Shown: piece by piece, positions 46,739 to 56,037 of the stretch
Numbering within the stretch: position 1 is the first letter of the stretch
Layout: each line of letters opens with the position of its first letter
Assembly: GCA_002050275.1 (NCBI GenBank)
Contig: MWTB01000027.1
Coordinates: 17,225-81,224, forward strand
DNA length: 64,000 bases
Origin: Anaerolineae bacterium UTCFX1
GTDB lineage: Bacteria > Chloroflexota > Anaerolineae > Anaerolineales > Villigracilaceae
Direction: 5' to 3'
Translations under genes and position numbers: made by a program
Notes under the pieces: model-generated
Told to the model about the DNA's origin: nothing
Seen by the model: the letters and a program-made list of their open reading frames with translations, nothing else
Databases searched by the model: none

Positions 46739-48022
46739 AAGGATGAGATGCTTCGCCGCTTACGCGACCCGCGCCTGATTCCGTTCAAAACGCAGACGCT
46801 CCTCTTGCGCATCGCTGCGCTTGCCTCGGAATTGCGCGTCCCTTGTTATCTGGTCGGCGGCGTAGTGCGCGATCTTCTTCTTGATCGTCCCGTTCACGAG
46901 AGCGATATTGATTTTGTTTTTGAAGGCGATGCGATTGAGTTTGGATATCAACTGGTTAAAGCCTGCGGCGGCAAACTGACCGCTCACCAGAAGTTTCGCA
47001 CTGCTGTTTGGCATACGCCTGAGAACGGAGATTTAGCCCCCGATACCGTTGATTTGATCACTGCTCGCAGAGAAGTCTATAAGTGCCCCGGTGCGCTTCC
47101 AACCGTGACGCCTGCCATGCTAATGGACGACTTGCGCCGCCGTGATTTCCCCGTCAATGCGATGGCGATTCGTTTGGGCGGCGACGACTCCGGCGAATTG
47201 ATTGACCCGCTGGATGGACAAGGCGACTTGGCAAGGAAATTGATTCGCGTTTTGCATCCCGCTTCCTTTCTCGACGATCCGACGCGTATTTTCCGCGCGC
47301 TTCGCTACGTTGCGAGATATGGCTTTACGCTTGAAGCGGAAACACTGCGGCTTATCAATGCTGAAGCGCGCGCAGGGCTCGCCCAGTTGAGCGGCGAACG
47401 TCTTCGCCACGAATTCGACGTAACCTTTGAGGAAACGAATCCGCCTGTAACGCTTCAACAGTTTGCCGACTTCGGTTTGCTGGAGGCGATCCACCCGGCG
47501 TTGTTAACCGCGCAGTGCGGCTTCATGCCTTTAGAAACCCCATCTACGCATTTTGGCGAATTTGCTGTCCCGGAGATATTATCTATGCGCCAGTCCCTCG
47601 GTTGGATTTTTTATCTGATCGAGTTAAACAAATCGGATAGCGCGGCGCTTGCCAAGCGATTGGCTTTTCCCGTCGCGCTTGCGGAAGCGGTTCGCTTCGC
47701 CTTCATTCTGAAGCGAGATTTGCCTTCCTTTAAGGACTATTCGCCCAGCCAATGGACGTTTTATCTTGACGAGGCGCCCCCTCTTTCGATCTATGCCGTA
47801 TATCTCATCAGCCGAGAAAACGCTCTGAGCGAATATCTGTCGAAGTGGCGGCACGTTAAGCCGATCGCGACAGGCGCGGATCTAAAGATGCGCGGGCTGC
47901 GTCCGGGTCCGCATTTTGGAGAAATCCTCCGCCGACTTCGCGCGGTGTGGCTGGATGAAATTGTTGTCAACCAAGAGCAGGAAGACCGCTGGCTTGATTC
48001 AGCGCTGAACGCGCAGAAATAG
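46733..48022 (+). CDS. cca: CCA tRNA nucleotidyltransferase / poly(A) polymerase-family protein
   Basis: YLVGGVVRDLLLDRP..D.DFV head-domain motif and RRDFPVNAMA. Confidence 0.85.
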   Translation: MQKDEMLRRLRDPRLIPFKTQTLLLRIAALASELRVPCYLVGGVVRDLLLDRPVHESDIDFVFEGDAIEFGYQLVKACGGKLTAHQKFRTAVWHTPENGDLAPDTVDLITARREVYKCPGALPTVTPAMLMDDLRRRDFPVNAMAIRLGGDDSGELIDPLDGQGDLARKLIRVLHPASFLDDPTRIFRALRYVARYGFTLEAETLRLINAEARAGLAQLSGERLRHEFDVTFEETNPPVTLQQFADFGLLEAIHPALLTAQCGFMPLETPSTHFGEFAVPEILSMRQSLGWIFYLIELNKSDSAALAKRLAFPVALAEAVRFAFILKRDLPSFKDYSPSQWTFYLDEAPPLSIYAVYLISRENALSEYLSKWRHVKPIATGADLKMRGLRPGPHFGEILRRLRAVWLDEIVVNQEQEDRWLDSALNAQK

Positions 48023-48038
48023 AAAGGAAAATAACGCT

Positions 48039-48812
48039 ATGCGAAAGGTTCTTCTCATCATGTTGGCGCTTTATGCGATACTGACAGTGGGATCGTATGG
48101 AGCGGTACACGTCGCTCATCCATTTCCGTTTTTTCTCTTCCCGTTGACGACTTTGCTGGGTTTCGTCATCGCCTTGCTGCATGCTTCGACGCGTTTAAAT
48201 CGTTCGCGCATGCTCACGCTCTTGCTGACGGCATTCGTCGTCAGCCTTGCGTTCGAGAGCGTGGGCGTGCTGACGGGGCTCGTGTACGGTCCCTACCATT
48301 ATACAGAGAAGCTCGGCTACCGCTTTTTGGGATTAGTGCCGCTCATCATTCCGATCGCATGGTTTATGATGATGTATCCGTCTTTTATAATTGCAGATTG
48401 GATCATTCCTAAGACGATGAAAATTCGTTCGGTCTGGGTGGCTGCGGCGGGCGCCGCGGCAATGACGGCGTGGGATGTAGTGATGGATCCAGTCATGGTG
48501 AAAATCGGTCACTGGGTTTGGGAAGTAAACGGTCCATACTTCGGCATTCCTTTGCAGAATTTCTTCGGCTGGTGGCTCACAACCTTCGTAACTTTTCTGG
48601 TTTTTATCTGGTTGGGCAAGCCGCTTCTAGCGGATCGTTCGGATGCGAAACTTGACCGCATGGCGGTCGTCTTGTTCAGCGTAACCGCTTTGGGCAGTAT
48701 CTTGGGCGCGTTAACAGGCGGATTAGGCGGCGCGGCGCTAGCAGGCATCTTCGCTGTCGCTCCGTGGGCGTTCTTTGGTTGGCTTCGTATGTCGGAGAGG
48801 GAGCCGGCCTGA
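48039..48812 (+). CDS. DUF422 'carotenoid biosynthesis protein'-like membrane protein
   Basis: Polytopic protein. The GPYHYTEKLGYRFLGLVPLIIPIAWFMM and GIPLQNFFGWW patterns match my recollection of DUF422/CruF-like proteins. Confidence 0.6.
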   Translation: MRKVLLIMLALYAILTVGSYGAVHVAHPFPFFLFPLTTLLGFVIALLHASTRLNRSRMLTLLLTAFVVSLAFESVGVLTGLVYGPYHYTEKLGYRFLGLVPLIIPIAWFMMMYPSFIIADWIIPKTMKIRSVWVAAAGAAAMTAWDVVMDPVMVKIGHWVWEVNGPYFGIPLQNFFGWWLTTFVTFLVFIWLGKPLLADRSDAKLDRMAVVLFSVTALGSILGALTGGLGGAALAGIFAVAPWAFFGWLRMSEREPA

Positions 48813-48840
48813 TACAGAAATGCGCGAGTTGTGAAATCCG

Positions 48841-49743
48841 CTAGAAGTGTCGCTTCAATTCGGAAGCGTAACGTGCGCCCACTGTTGCGCGATTCTCGTA
48901 CAACCAATCTTTTAAGCTGGTTTTGCAACGCGGCGGCTCATTGGAAACGAGCAGATTTGCCATCAACCCATCCACTTCTTCGGGAGTCAGCATTACATCG
49001 CCGACGAAGAGGCTGAGAAATTGCGCGGCGAATAACGCCAGACGCGGGGGCAGGGGGAGCGTCAGTCGTTTTCTCCCGATCGTGGAACCGATCAGTCCGA
49101 CCATTTCTTTGAACGTGAATTCATTGGGTCCGACGGCGTCCCAGATATAATTTTCCTCCTTGTAAACTGCGTCCACCGCCAACTCTGCGAGATCGTCCAC
49201 ATAGACAGGCGAAAGCCGGTAGGAGCCGTCGCCCGGCATGCCGAAGACAGGCAACCGTCGCAATAGCCAAGCGATGTTGTTGATGAGAATATCTTCTTTG
49301 CCGAATAGGACCGTTGGGCGCAGGATAGCGTAACTTATGCTCGATTCGATCACGGTCGTTTCGTTCGCGGCTTTGCCCCAATAATAGGGCAAATGCGAAT
49401 CGGCGGACGGATTTGCAATACTGATGTGGACAATGCGCTTTACTCCCGCTTTTACCGCCGCGGCGATTAGCGTTTTAGTATTCTCGACCGCTTTAGGTTG
49501 AGTGTTTCTCCCTTTGTCGAAGCGCACCCAATAGGTGTTGATGAATGCATCCGCGCCGCGTAAATTTGCAGCGAGTTCATCCGGATCGTCGAAATTCAAG
49601 GGAAAGGCTTTGACTCGTCCGCCGAATGGGTCGGGACGGTCGGGGTGATTGGTTAGCGTGACGACCTCTTCGCCTTTTTCGAGGAGTCGTTTAGCGATGT
49701 ATTTGCCCGAATAACTAAACGCGCCGGTCACTGCGATTTTCAT
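48841..49743 (-). CDS. NAD(P)H-binding SDR-family protein (NmrA/NDUFA9-like)
   Basis: MKIAVTGAFSYSGKYIAKRLL Rossmann motif. The length and pattern fit atypical SDRs. Confidence 0.8.
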   Translation of the reverse strand: MKIAVTGAFSYSGKYIAKRLLEKGEEVVTLTNHPDRPDPFGGRVKAFPLNFDDPDELAANLRGADAFINTYWVRFDKGRNTQPKAVENTKTLIAAAVKAGVKRIVHISIANPSADSHLPYYWGKAANETTVIESSISYAILRPTVLFGKEDILINNIAWLLRRLPVFGMPGDGSYRLSPVYVDDLAELAVDAVYKEENYIWDAVGPNEFTFKEMVGLIGSTIGRKRLTLPLPPRLALFAAQFLSLFVGDVMLTPEEVDGLMANLLVSNEPPRCKTSLKDWLYENRATVGARYASELKRHF

Positions 49744-50273
49744 TTCAAAACTCCTAAAATGGATTTGACGTTAGCGAATCCTAATTTCTCCAATTTGATG
49801 ACCGCGCTAGAAAGACTGTCAATCGCGTTAAAGAATTCTTGCAGCGCTTTGACGCGCTCGTAGATGAAATTAACTTCCGCTTTGTCGCCAGACACCGAGC
49901 CGGTCTCCAGACTTACAAGCGTTTCTCGCACTCCGCGCAGCGCTCGGTCGAACTCGTTGTTTTGACGTTCTCGTAACAGCGAACGCACGGCGGCGTAGAA
50001 ATTCGTTTCCGCTTCGTAATAATCTTTGCGATCGCCGAGTTTGCTCGACCGATGAACCAGCCCCATCCGCGCTAACGCTCGCACTTCGGAGCTGACTGCG
50101 CCTTTTGTCAACCCGGTCTGTTGTACGATCTCATCCAGCGAAAGCGAGGCGGGGGAGAGGTATAGCACGGCGAAGATCGCGCCCATTCCTTTGGGAAAGC
50201 CCCAAAACCGACTAATGTGGCTCAGGCTTTCTATAAAATCTTTTTTAATTTGAGGAAGAGTTAACGTTGGCAT
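49740..50273 (-). CDS. GbsR/MarR-family transcriptional regulator
   Basis: The FIESLSHISRFWGFPKGMGAIFAVLYLSP..LSLDEIVQQTGLTKGAVS pattern is typical of GbsR-type wHTH regulators. 4-nt overlap with the downstream SDR gene. Confidence 0.75.
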   Translation of the reverse strand: MPTLTLPQIKKDFIESLSHISRFWGFPKGMGAIFAVLYLSPASLSLDEIVQQTGLTKGAVSSEVRALARMGLVHRSSKLGDRKDYYEAETNFYAAVRSLLRERQNNEFDRALRGVRETLVSLETGSVSGDKAEVNFIYERVKALQEFFNAIDSLSSAVIKLEKLGFANVKSILGVLK

Positions 50274-50288
50274 AGTTAATATTGTTTA

Positions 50289-50335
50289 TTTAGTGAAAAC
50301 TAAACGAAGTATATATTAAATGCCATATTTGTCAA
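50289..50335 (-). promoter_or_regulatory. Promoter (TTGACA-16-TATACT) with the dyad TTTAGT-gaaa-ACTAAA at the predicted TSS
   Basis: On the minus strand: TTGACA at 50335-50330, TATACT at 50313-50308, and the perfect 6-bp dyad at 50289-50304. This is a candidate autoregulatory operator for the GbsR-like gene. Confidence 0.4.
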
Positions 50336-50373
50336 GAGGAAAGGAGAGCCGCCAGCGGCGGTTTTTCGCGGTG

Positions 50374-51921
50374 TTATTTTGTTTGCGCGCTCGCGACGAC
50401 GCAATTCTTGCCCGCCGCTTTGGCTTGATATAGGAATTGATCGGCTGCGGCGATGAGCTCTTCGATGGTTTTTCCGTTCGCGGGAAATTCTGCGATACCG
50501 CAAGAAATGGTGATTTTGTTGGAGGCAACCTTGTAGATCGCATTTACTTTCTGAAAGGAATGCCGCCACCGTTCGGCGATTTGCGCGGCGTGCGCGCTTG
50601 CGCAGTTGGGCATGAGCGTTAGGAATTCTTCACCGCCGTAGCGGTAGACGGTGTCTATCGCTCGCGTTTGACCAAGAAGCTGCTTGGCGAAATTTCTTAA
50701 CACATTATCTCCAGCGGCATGACCATACGAGTCGTTGAGAAGTTTGAAATCGTCAATATCAATGATCGCCAGGCTGATCAGGTAATTTTCGCGGGCGGCG
50801 CGCGCCAGTTCGCGCGTCAGAACATCGTTTAGATAACGGCGGTTGTACAGCCCGGTGAGAGGATCGCGGATGGCTAACTCTTGCAGCTCAATGTGCGCGG
50901 TTTTGAGCGGGGTAATATCCCTCCATACGATGAGCCGTCCTAAGAAGTTGGAACGAGAGTCGTACAATGGAGAAATTTTCAAGTCGTAGAATGTGCGGCG
51001 CGGCTGTTCGAACGAAACTTCGGTGCGAAGATCGACGCTTTCGAAGAAGTCTGTTATGAGGCGGGGCCAGGGAGCGAACGCTTCGCTGGCAGGTTGACCT
51101 ATCTGGAGCGCTCCTGTTCCTCCCAAGGCCTGAAGCGCGACGGGGTTGAAATCTACGATACGGCTTTGAGCGTCTAATACGATAACGCCGTCGCTCATGT
51201 TCTCGATTAATACGTCTCGCGCAATAGGAATGATATCCAGTAGACGGTAGCGCAGCAATGCGTATATGAAGATGATTCCTGTGAGGGTAAATAACAGCGG
51301 AGTGTGGTCTATGGTAGGCAGCGGGGTTAGTTTTAAGACGAAGAGAAAATTGCCGAGCAGCGGGACGCTGACGCCGAGAAAGACGGTCGCTAATTGCTTT
51401 CGATACATTCCGCTTGTTAATTTGAAACGGCGCGCCAGAAGGATCAATCCTGAAAGGATGAGGATGTAAGCGTAGGTGACGTTTACCCAGAAAACGGGAC
51501 CGCCGCTGAGGATCATTTCAGCGTTTTCGATCTGGCGTCTCCCAAAAAACAAGCCGTGATACGAGTCGGTCGCTAATAACATTAGAATGATGATGGGAGT
51601 AACGCATAAACTGATGATCGTCGAGGGCGCTGTCCATTTCTTAGCCCCCGTTATTTGAATAATAAACCATAAGACCGACGGCGGGGTAAAAACGACGCCG
51701 ATGTAGGCGCTGTACATCCAGAAATTAGGATAAGGTTGGGAAGCGCCTGCCAGAAATAAACCGTAAGAAACATCCCACAAACATAGATTCAACATTAAAC
51801 TTATTAAAGAAAAAATACCTGGCGTGTTCTTACGAGTTTGAAAAGCGATGAATCCCCCGGCAAGGCAAAGCGCCCCTGCGATGAATAAGATGGCGCTTAT
51901 ACCAGTGTTAGGATGGGGCAT
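50374..51921 (-). CDS. Membrane diguanylate cyclase (7TM sensor - PAS - GGDEF)
   Basis: N-terminal multi-TM region, a PAS-like middle (IENMSDGVIVLD), a GGEEF active site and an RAID I-site five residues upstream. Confidence 0.9.
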   Translation of the reverse strand: MPHPNTGISAILFIAGALCLAGGFIAFQTRKNTPGIFSLISLMLNLCLWDVSYGLFLAGASQPYPNFWMYSAYIGVVFTPPSVLWFIIQITGAKKWTAPSTIISLCVTPIIILMLLATDSYHGLFFGRRQIENAEMILSGGPVFWVNVTYAYILILSGLILLARRFKLTSGMYRKQLATVFLGVSVPLLGNFLFVLKLTPLPTIDHTPLLFTLTGIIFIYALLRYRLLDIIPIARDVLIENMSDGVIVLDAQSRIVDFNPVALQALGGTGALQIGQPASEAFAPWPRLITDFFESVDLRTEVSFEQPRRTFYDLKISPLYDSRSNFLGRLIVWRDITPLKTAHIELQELAIRDPLTGLYNRRYLNDVLTRELARAARENYLISLAIIDIDDFKLLNDSYGHAAGDNVLRNFAKQLLGQTRAIDTVYRYGGEEFLTLMPNCASAHAAQIAERWRHSFQKVNAIYKVASNKITISCGIAEFPANGKTIEELIAAADQFLYQAKAAGKNCVVASAQTK

Positions 51922-51987
51922 GAGATGTCCCTTTTTCCAGGTCGAACGTCAGTTCGTTGGCGGAGCGTTGAGCAATGAAATCGTTCT

Positions 51988-53178
51988 TTACGATAAGAGT
52001 CTTGCCGCAGCAGACGCCATTAATGCCGCGCCGTTGATCAGGGCGCGTTCGTCGAAATCGAACTTAGGATGATGATGTCCATAGTTGAGATTCCTTTCAT
52101 CGTTAGCGGAACCCACCATGAAGTAGCATCCGCCAATCTTTTCTTGCATATAACCCATATCTTCCGCGCCCATGGTCAAGTATTGGGCGGTATCAATGTC
52201 TGCCTGAGGGAAAAGTTTTCGCGCGGCTTGTAAGACTGTTTCAGTCGTTTGCTCTTCGTTGATTACCGTTGGCGTGACCTGTTCGAGCGCGATCTCCACT
52301 TCGCACTGCATGGCGGTTGCCACGTTGCGTACGATCTGTTTGAAGCGTTCTAGCGTCGTCTTCCGCACGTCGGGGTCGAAGTTTCGAATCGTGCCGTTGA
52401 TCTCGGCGGTTTGCGGGATGATATTAAAGGCGGTCCCCGCGTGGAGCGATGTGACGCTTATGACCGCCGGCTTGAGCGGCGAGACATTGCGCGCAACGAT
52501 GGTTTGCAGCGCGACGACAATATGCGCCGCGGCGGCGACTGGGTCAATAGTTGTATGGGGCGCGGCTCCGTGCCCGCCTTTACCGGTCAACTTAACGGAG
52601 AACATCTCGGCTCCCGCCATGACAGGTCCTTGAGCGACGCTGAACCAACCGAGCGGCTTGTCATTCCATAAGTGGAGGGCGAGCGTCTTGTCCACTTTGG
52701 GCGTATCCAGTACGCCGTCGCGCATCATCATTAACGCGCCGCCCATCTCTTCGCCGTTGTTGCCCTCTTCGGAAGGCTGGAAGCAGAATTTTATGTTGCC
52801 CGCTAAATGCTCTTTGTGAGCGTTTAATAATTTTGCTACGGTCAACCCGATGGCGGTATGACCGTCGTGCCCGCAAGCGTGCATGACGCCGGGATTAGCG
52901 GATGAGTATTCCGCGCCGGTTTCTTCGTTGATGGGGAGCGCGTCCATATCGAAGCGCAGGAGGATCGTGGGACCCGGCTTCGAGCCTTCCAGATAGGCGA
53001 CCACGCCGGTCTTGCCGACTCCTTTGGTCACTTCGAGCCCAAGTTCCTCAAGTTCTTTTGCAACGATGCCGCCGGTGCGAATCTCATTGAACCCCAGTTC
53101 GGGATGCTTATGAAAATCGCGGCGCAAGGTCTGAGTGTAAGAGAAAAGTTCTTCGGCTTGTTGGAGGAAGTTGGGCAT
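51988..53178 (-). CDS. M20-family amidohydrolase (N-acyl-amino-acid amidohydrolase-like)
   Basis: HKHPELGFNE, MHACGHDGH and FQPSEEG are M20D signatures. Confidence 0.88.
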   Translation of the reverse strand: MPNFLQQAEELFSYTQTLRRDFHKHPELGFNEIRTGGIVAKELEELGLEVTKGVGKTGVVAYLEGSKPGPTILLRFDMDALPINEETGAEYSSANPGVMHACGHDGHTAIGLTVAKLLNAHKEHLAGNIKFCFQPSEEGNNGEEMGGALMMMRDGVLDTPKVDKTLALHLWNDKPLGWFSVAQGPVMAGAEMFSVKLTGKGGHGAAPHTTIDPVAAAAHIVVALQTIVARNVSPLKPAVISVTSLHAGTAFNIIPQTAEINGTIRNFDPDVRKTTLERFKQIVRNVATAMQCEVEIALEQVTPTVINEEQTTETVLQAARKLFPQADIDTAQYLTMGAEDMGYMQEKIGGCYFMVGSANDERNLNYGHHHPKFDFDERALINGAALMASAAARLLS

Positions 53179-53268
53179 AATATCTCTGTTTTCAATTGGG
53201 ATTATAAATTGAGACTTTGAAGGCTAGTCTGACGTTCTGATGCTCAACGAATCTGCGCCCGGCGGCGC

Positions 53269-53997
53269 TTAATCATATTTGACGACCTTGAAAGTTTCTT
53301 CATAGCGCGGATGCTCGTCGGAGCTATTTTGGGCGTGGCGCGCTTTCATACGTTCGGTTAGTTTGTCGGCGTCTTGCACTTGCGTTTTATGTTTGAGAAT
53401 GGCTTGCAGTTTAATATCCCACGTTTCGGTGACGTCTACGATGATATTGGGCTGCGTGGTGAGCGAACACCAAACTTCTTTTGGCATATGAGGCTCGAAA
53501 CCTTCGGCGAGCAATTCGGGGAAGAAGACCTTGTTGCCGGCGGCGGGAAAGACCGCGTCGAGGACAACTTGTCCGCAGGCGCGGTGGTCGGGATGATTGA
53601 GACCGTATAAGGCGAATAGATTTTGCGGGTCGCAGGTGACGAGGATGTCTGGCTTGTAGCGGCGAATCTCACGGACGATGTTGCGGCGCAGATCAAGGTT
53701 GGGGGTGAGGTAGCCATCCTCCACGTCCAGAAAATGGACCGCTTTTGCGCCGATCACGTCTGCCGCATGGCGTTGTTCCGTATGACGCAGCGCGCATAAT
53801 TTTTCGGTCGTCATATCCGCTTGTGTGACGGGATTGAAACCTTTATCGCCGCAGGTCAGAAGCAGGTAGGTGATCTCATGCCCGGCGCGCGCCCAGAGGG
53901 CGAGCGTGGCGCCGCAGAAAAATTCGGGGTCGTCGGGATGCGCTAGAATGACCAGAATTTTTTGAGAGGTTTCCCACACGCCGCTGATGTCAGTCAT
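53269..53997 (-). CDS. PIG-L/LmbE-family deacetylase
   Basis: ILVILAHPDDPEF and HPDH motifs. Confidence 0.85.
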   Translation of the reverse strand: MTDISGVWETSQKILVILAHPDDPEFFCGATLALWARAGHEITYLLLTCGDKGFNPVTQADMTTEKLCALRHTEQRHAADVIGAKAVHFLDVEDGYLTPNLDLRRNIVREIRRYKPDILVTCDPQNLFALYGLNHPDHRACGQVVLDAVFPAAGNKVFFPELLAEGFEPHMPKEVWCSLTTQPNIIVDVTETWDIKLQAILKHKTQVQDADKLTERMKARHAQNSSDEHPRYEETFKVVKYD

Positions 53998-54922
53998 CGG
54001 TCTTCTTCTGAGATGTGGATTTGCCGCAGGTGCAGCCGCCCGAATCGTGACGGTCGCAAGGACCTTGCGCTTTGCGCCGTAGGGCTTCGAGTTCGTCCCA
54101 AGGCTGCAGGTCGGTATGAGCGAAAGTTTCGGTAAATCTCTTGCCGTCTTCTGTCTCGATGAATACTATCACTTTGTTGCTCATCGGCAAGATGTCTACC
54201 ACTTTACCTTCGCCTTTGGGGGTAACGACGCGTTTGTTGCGTTTGGGCAATTGTTTGCGTGCCTCGACGTATTGTTCATATTCATAAATGAGACAACAGC
54301 GTAAGCGTCCGCACATACCGGTGATCTCTTCGGGCGTAAGCGAGATGCCTTGTTCCTTTGCCATCTTGATCGAAATGGGCGAAAACTCGGTCAGGAATTT
54401 GGAACAGCAGCGCGTTTCGATTCCGCACGCGCCCATGCCGCCAATGATCTTCGCGACGTCGCGCGGACCGATCTGCCGCATCTCGATGGTCGCGTTGGGG
54501 TAGAGGTTGTGCATGTCTTTTTTCAGCGACTTAAGATCTACTTTATCTTCTGTTTCGGAACTGAATAGCAAAGCGAGGCGCGAACCGTCGTAACTATATT
54601 CTGCGGCGACGATTTTTACGCCGTCGAGTTTAAGCTCCGCTGCGCGAGCGCGGCAGTTGATCATCGCTTCCGTCTGTTTGGATTGCCATGACTGCTGCAA
54701 TAAGAGATCGCGCGGGGTTGCGCGTCTTTCTACGGATCTCCAGCCGCCGTCTGGTTTGGGAAGCGCTTCCTTTTCCAAACGGATGACCTCGCCGAGGTGT
54801 TTGCCGCGCGAAGTATCTACGATCACATGCTCGCCAATATGCACATCGGGCACGGCGGAAGCGTCGAAATTGTAAATTTTGCCCACTTTGGTAAAGCGGA
54901 CGCCGATAATAGGTGTTTGCAT
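53990..54922 (-). CDS. PSP1-domain protein (RicT/YaaT-like)
   Basis: VGVRFTKVGKIYNFD...G..VIV.T.RG...G.V and the Cys-rich CGRLRCCL pattern. Start set at ATG 54922. 8-nt overlap with the PIG-L gene. Confidence 0.8.
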   Translation of the reverse strand: MQTPIIGVRFTKVGKIYNFDASAVPDVHIGEHVIVDTSRGKHLGEVIRLEKEALPKPDGGWRSVERRATPRDLLLQQSWQSKQTEAMINCRARAAELKLDGVKIVAAEYSYDGSRLALLFSSETEDKVDLKSLKKDMHNLYPNATIEMRQIGPRDVAKIIGGMGACGIETRCCSKFLTEFSPISIKMAKEQGISLTPEEITGMCGRLRCCLIYEYEQYVEARKQLPKRNKRVVTPKGEGKVVDILPMSNKVIVFIETEDGKRFTETFAHTDLQPWDELEALRRKAQGPCDRHDSGGCTCGKSTSQKKTDD

Positions 54923-55020
54923 AATATCGAAATTATACCGTAAGAGGACGCGCCCGGCTTGAAGACGATTCATGGTAGCATTTGCTTCGTGAGCGATTTT
55001 GATCAATATCTGGAGAATAT

Positions 55021-55428
55021 ATGTCTGAACGGAATAAGGCGACGATTCGTCGTTTTTACGACGAATTAGTCAACCAAAGGAAAATTGAGCTTGCCGATGA
55101 AATGATTCTCGAAGATTTTGACGACCATGCCGCGCGAGGGACGGGATTGGAGAATTTCAAGACGCTGTACGCCATTATGGTGCGGATATTTCCCGACATT
55201 CAAGCCAGAATCGAAGATTTGATCGCCGAGGACGATAAGGTTGTGGCGCGGGTGGAGTTTACCGCTACGCAAGCTGGGTCGTTTCGCGGATTTTCGCCCG
55301 CCAACCGTTGCGTAACCTTTTCAGGCGTGGACATCTTCCGCTTCAAAAACAACAGAATCGCCGAACGTTGGGCGCAGCGCGATTTCCTTGGTATGCTGGA
55401 GAAGTTAGGGCATGTGAAGCGGCGTTAG
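55021..55428 (+). CDS. SnoaL-like ester cyclase-family protein
   Basis: NKATIRRFYDELVNQRKIELADEMI..DF.DH and the C-terminal RIAE.W is the typical ester_cyclase pattern. Confidence 0.75.
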   Translation: MSERNKATIRRFYDELVNQRKIELADEMILEDFDDHAARGTGLENFKTLYAIMVRIFPDIQARIEDLIAEDDKVVARVEFTATQAGSFRGFSPANRCVTFSGVDIFRFKNNRIAERWAQRDFLGMLEKLGHVKRR

Positions 55429-55539
55429 CGCGTCGGACAACCGCGCTTTATAGGATAAATGTCATACTTGAAATCTGCAACGAAGGTTGTACACTAGTGT
55501 TGTGTCTTTTAACCTATGTATTAACGAGGAGGCAGTTGT

Positions 55540-55980
55540 ATGAACGTCAAACGGATCGTTCAAATTAGTTTGGTTCTGGCGTTGTTCGCGTCGTCTTTTG
55601 TGAGCGCAAGCCGCGTTCAGGCGGTTCAGCCGTGGCCCTCTTGCTCGAACATCTACTACGTTCAGCCGGGCGATTGGCTTTCAAAGATCGCCAAAAATTG
55701 CGGGGTTACGCTCTCAGAGCTGGTCGCGGCGAACCCGTGGGTCAGTTACTCTTACTATATCTATCCGGGGCAGATGCTCACGATCCCGGGCGGATATAAC
55801 CCCGGCGGTTATTTCTGCGGTCCGGGCTACGATTATTACGGCGGTTATTATGTCGTTTGCCAAGGCGATACGCTGGGCGGCATTGCCATGTATTACGGCG
55901 TGTCAATCAATTATCTGCAATGGAGAAACGGCATTTCCAATGCCAATCGCATTTACGCCGGGCAATGGATACGCCCCTAA
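55540..55980 (+). CDS. Secreted protein with two LysM domains
   Basis: Signal peptide, then YYVQPGDWLSKIAKNCGVTLSELVAANPW...GQMLTIP and YVVCQGDTLGGIAMYYGVSINYLQWRNGI...IYAGQWIRP. Confidence 0.85.
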   Translation: MNVKRIVQISLVLALFASSFVSASRVQAVQPWPSCSNIYYVQPGDWLSKIAKNCGVTLSELVAANPWVSYSYYIYPGQMLTIPGGYNPGGYFCGPGYDYYGGYYVVCQGDTLGGIAMYYGVSINYLQWRNGISNANRIYAGQWIRP

Positions 55981-56007
55981 AGAACGGCGGAAACGCAATT
56001 TGATAAT

Positions 56008-56037
56008 AAAAAACGCCGGCGCGCCGCCGGCGTTTTT
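56008..56037. terminator. Bidirectional terminator between convergent lysM and mrp genes
   Basis: AAAAAA CGCCGGCG cg CGCCGGCG TTTTT. The T-run abuts the mrp stop codon. Confidence 0.7.
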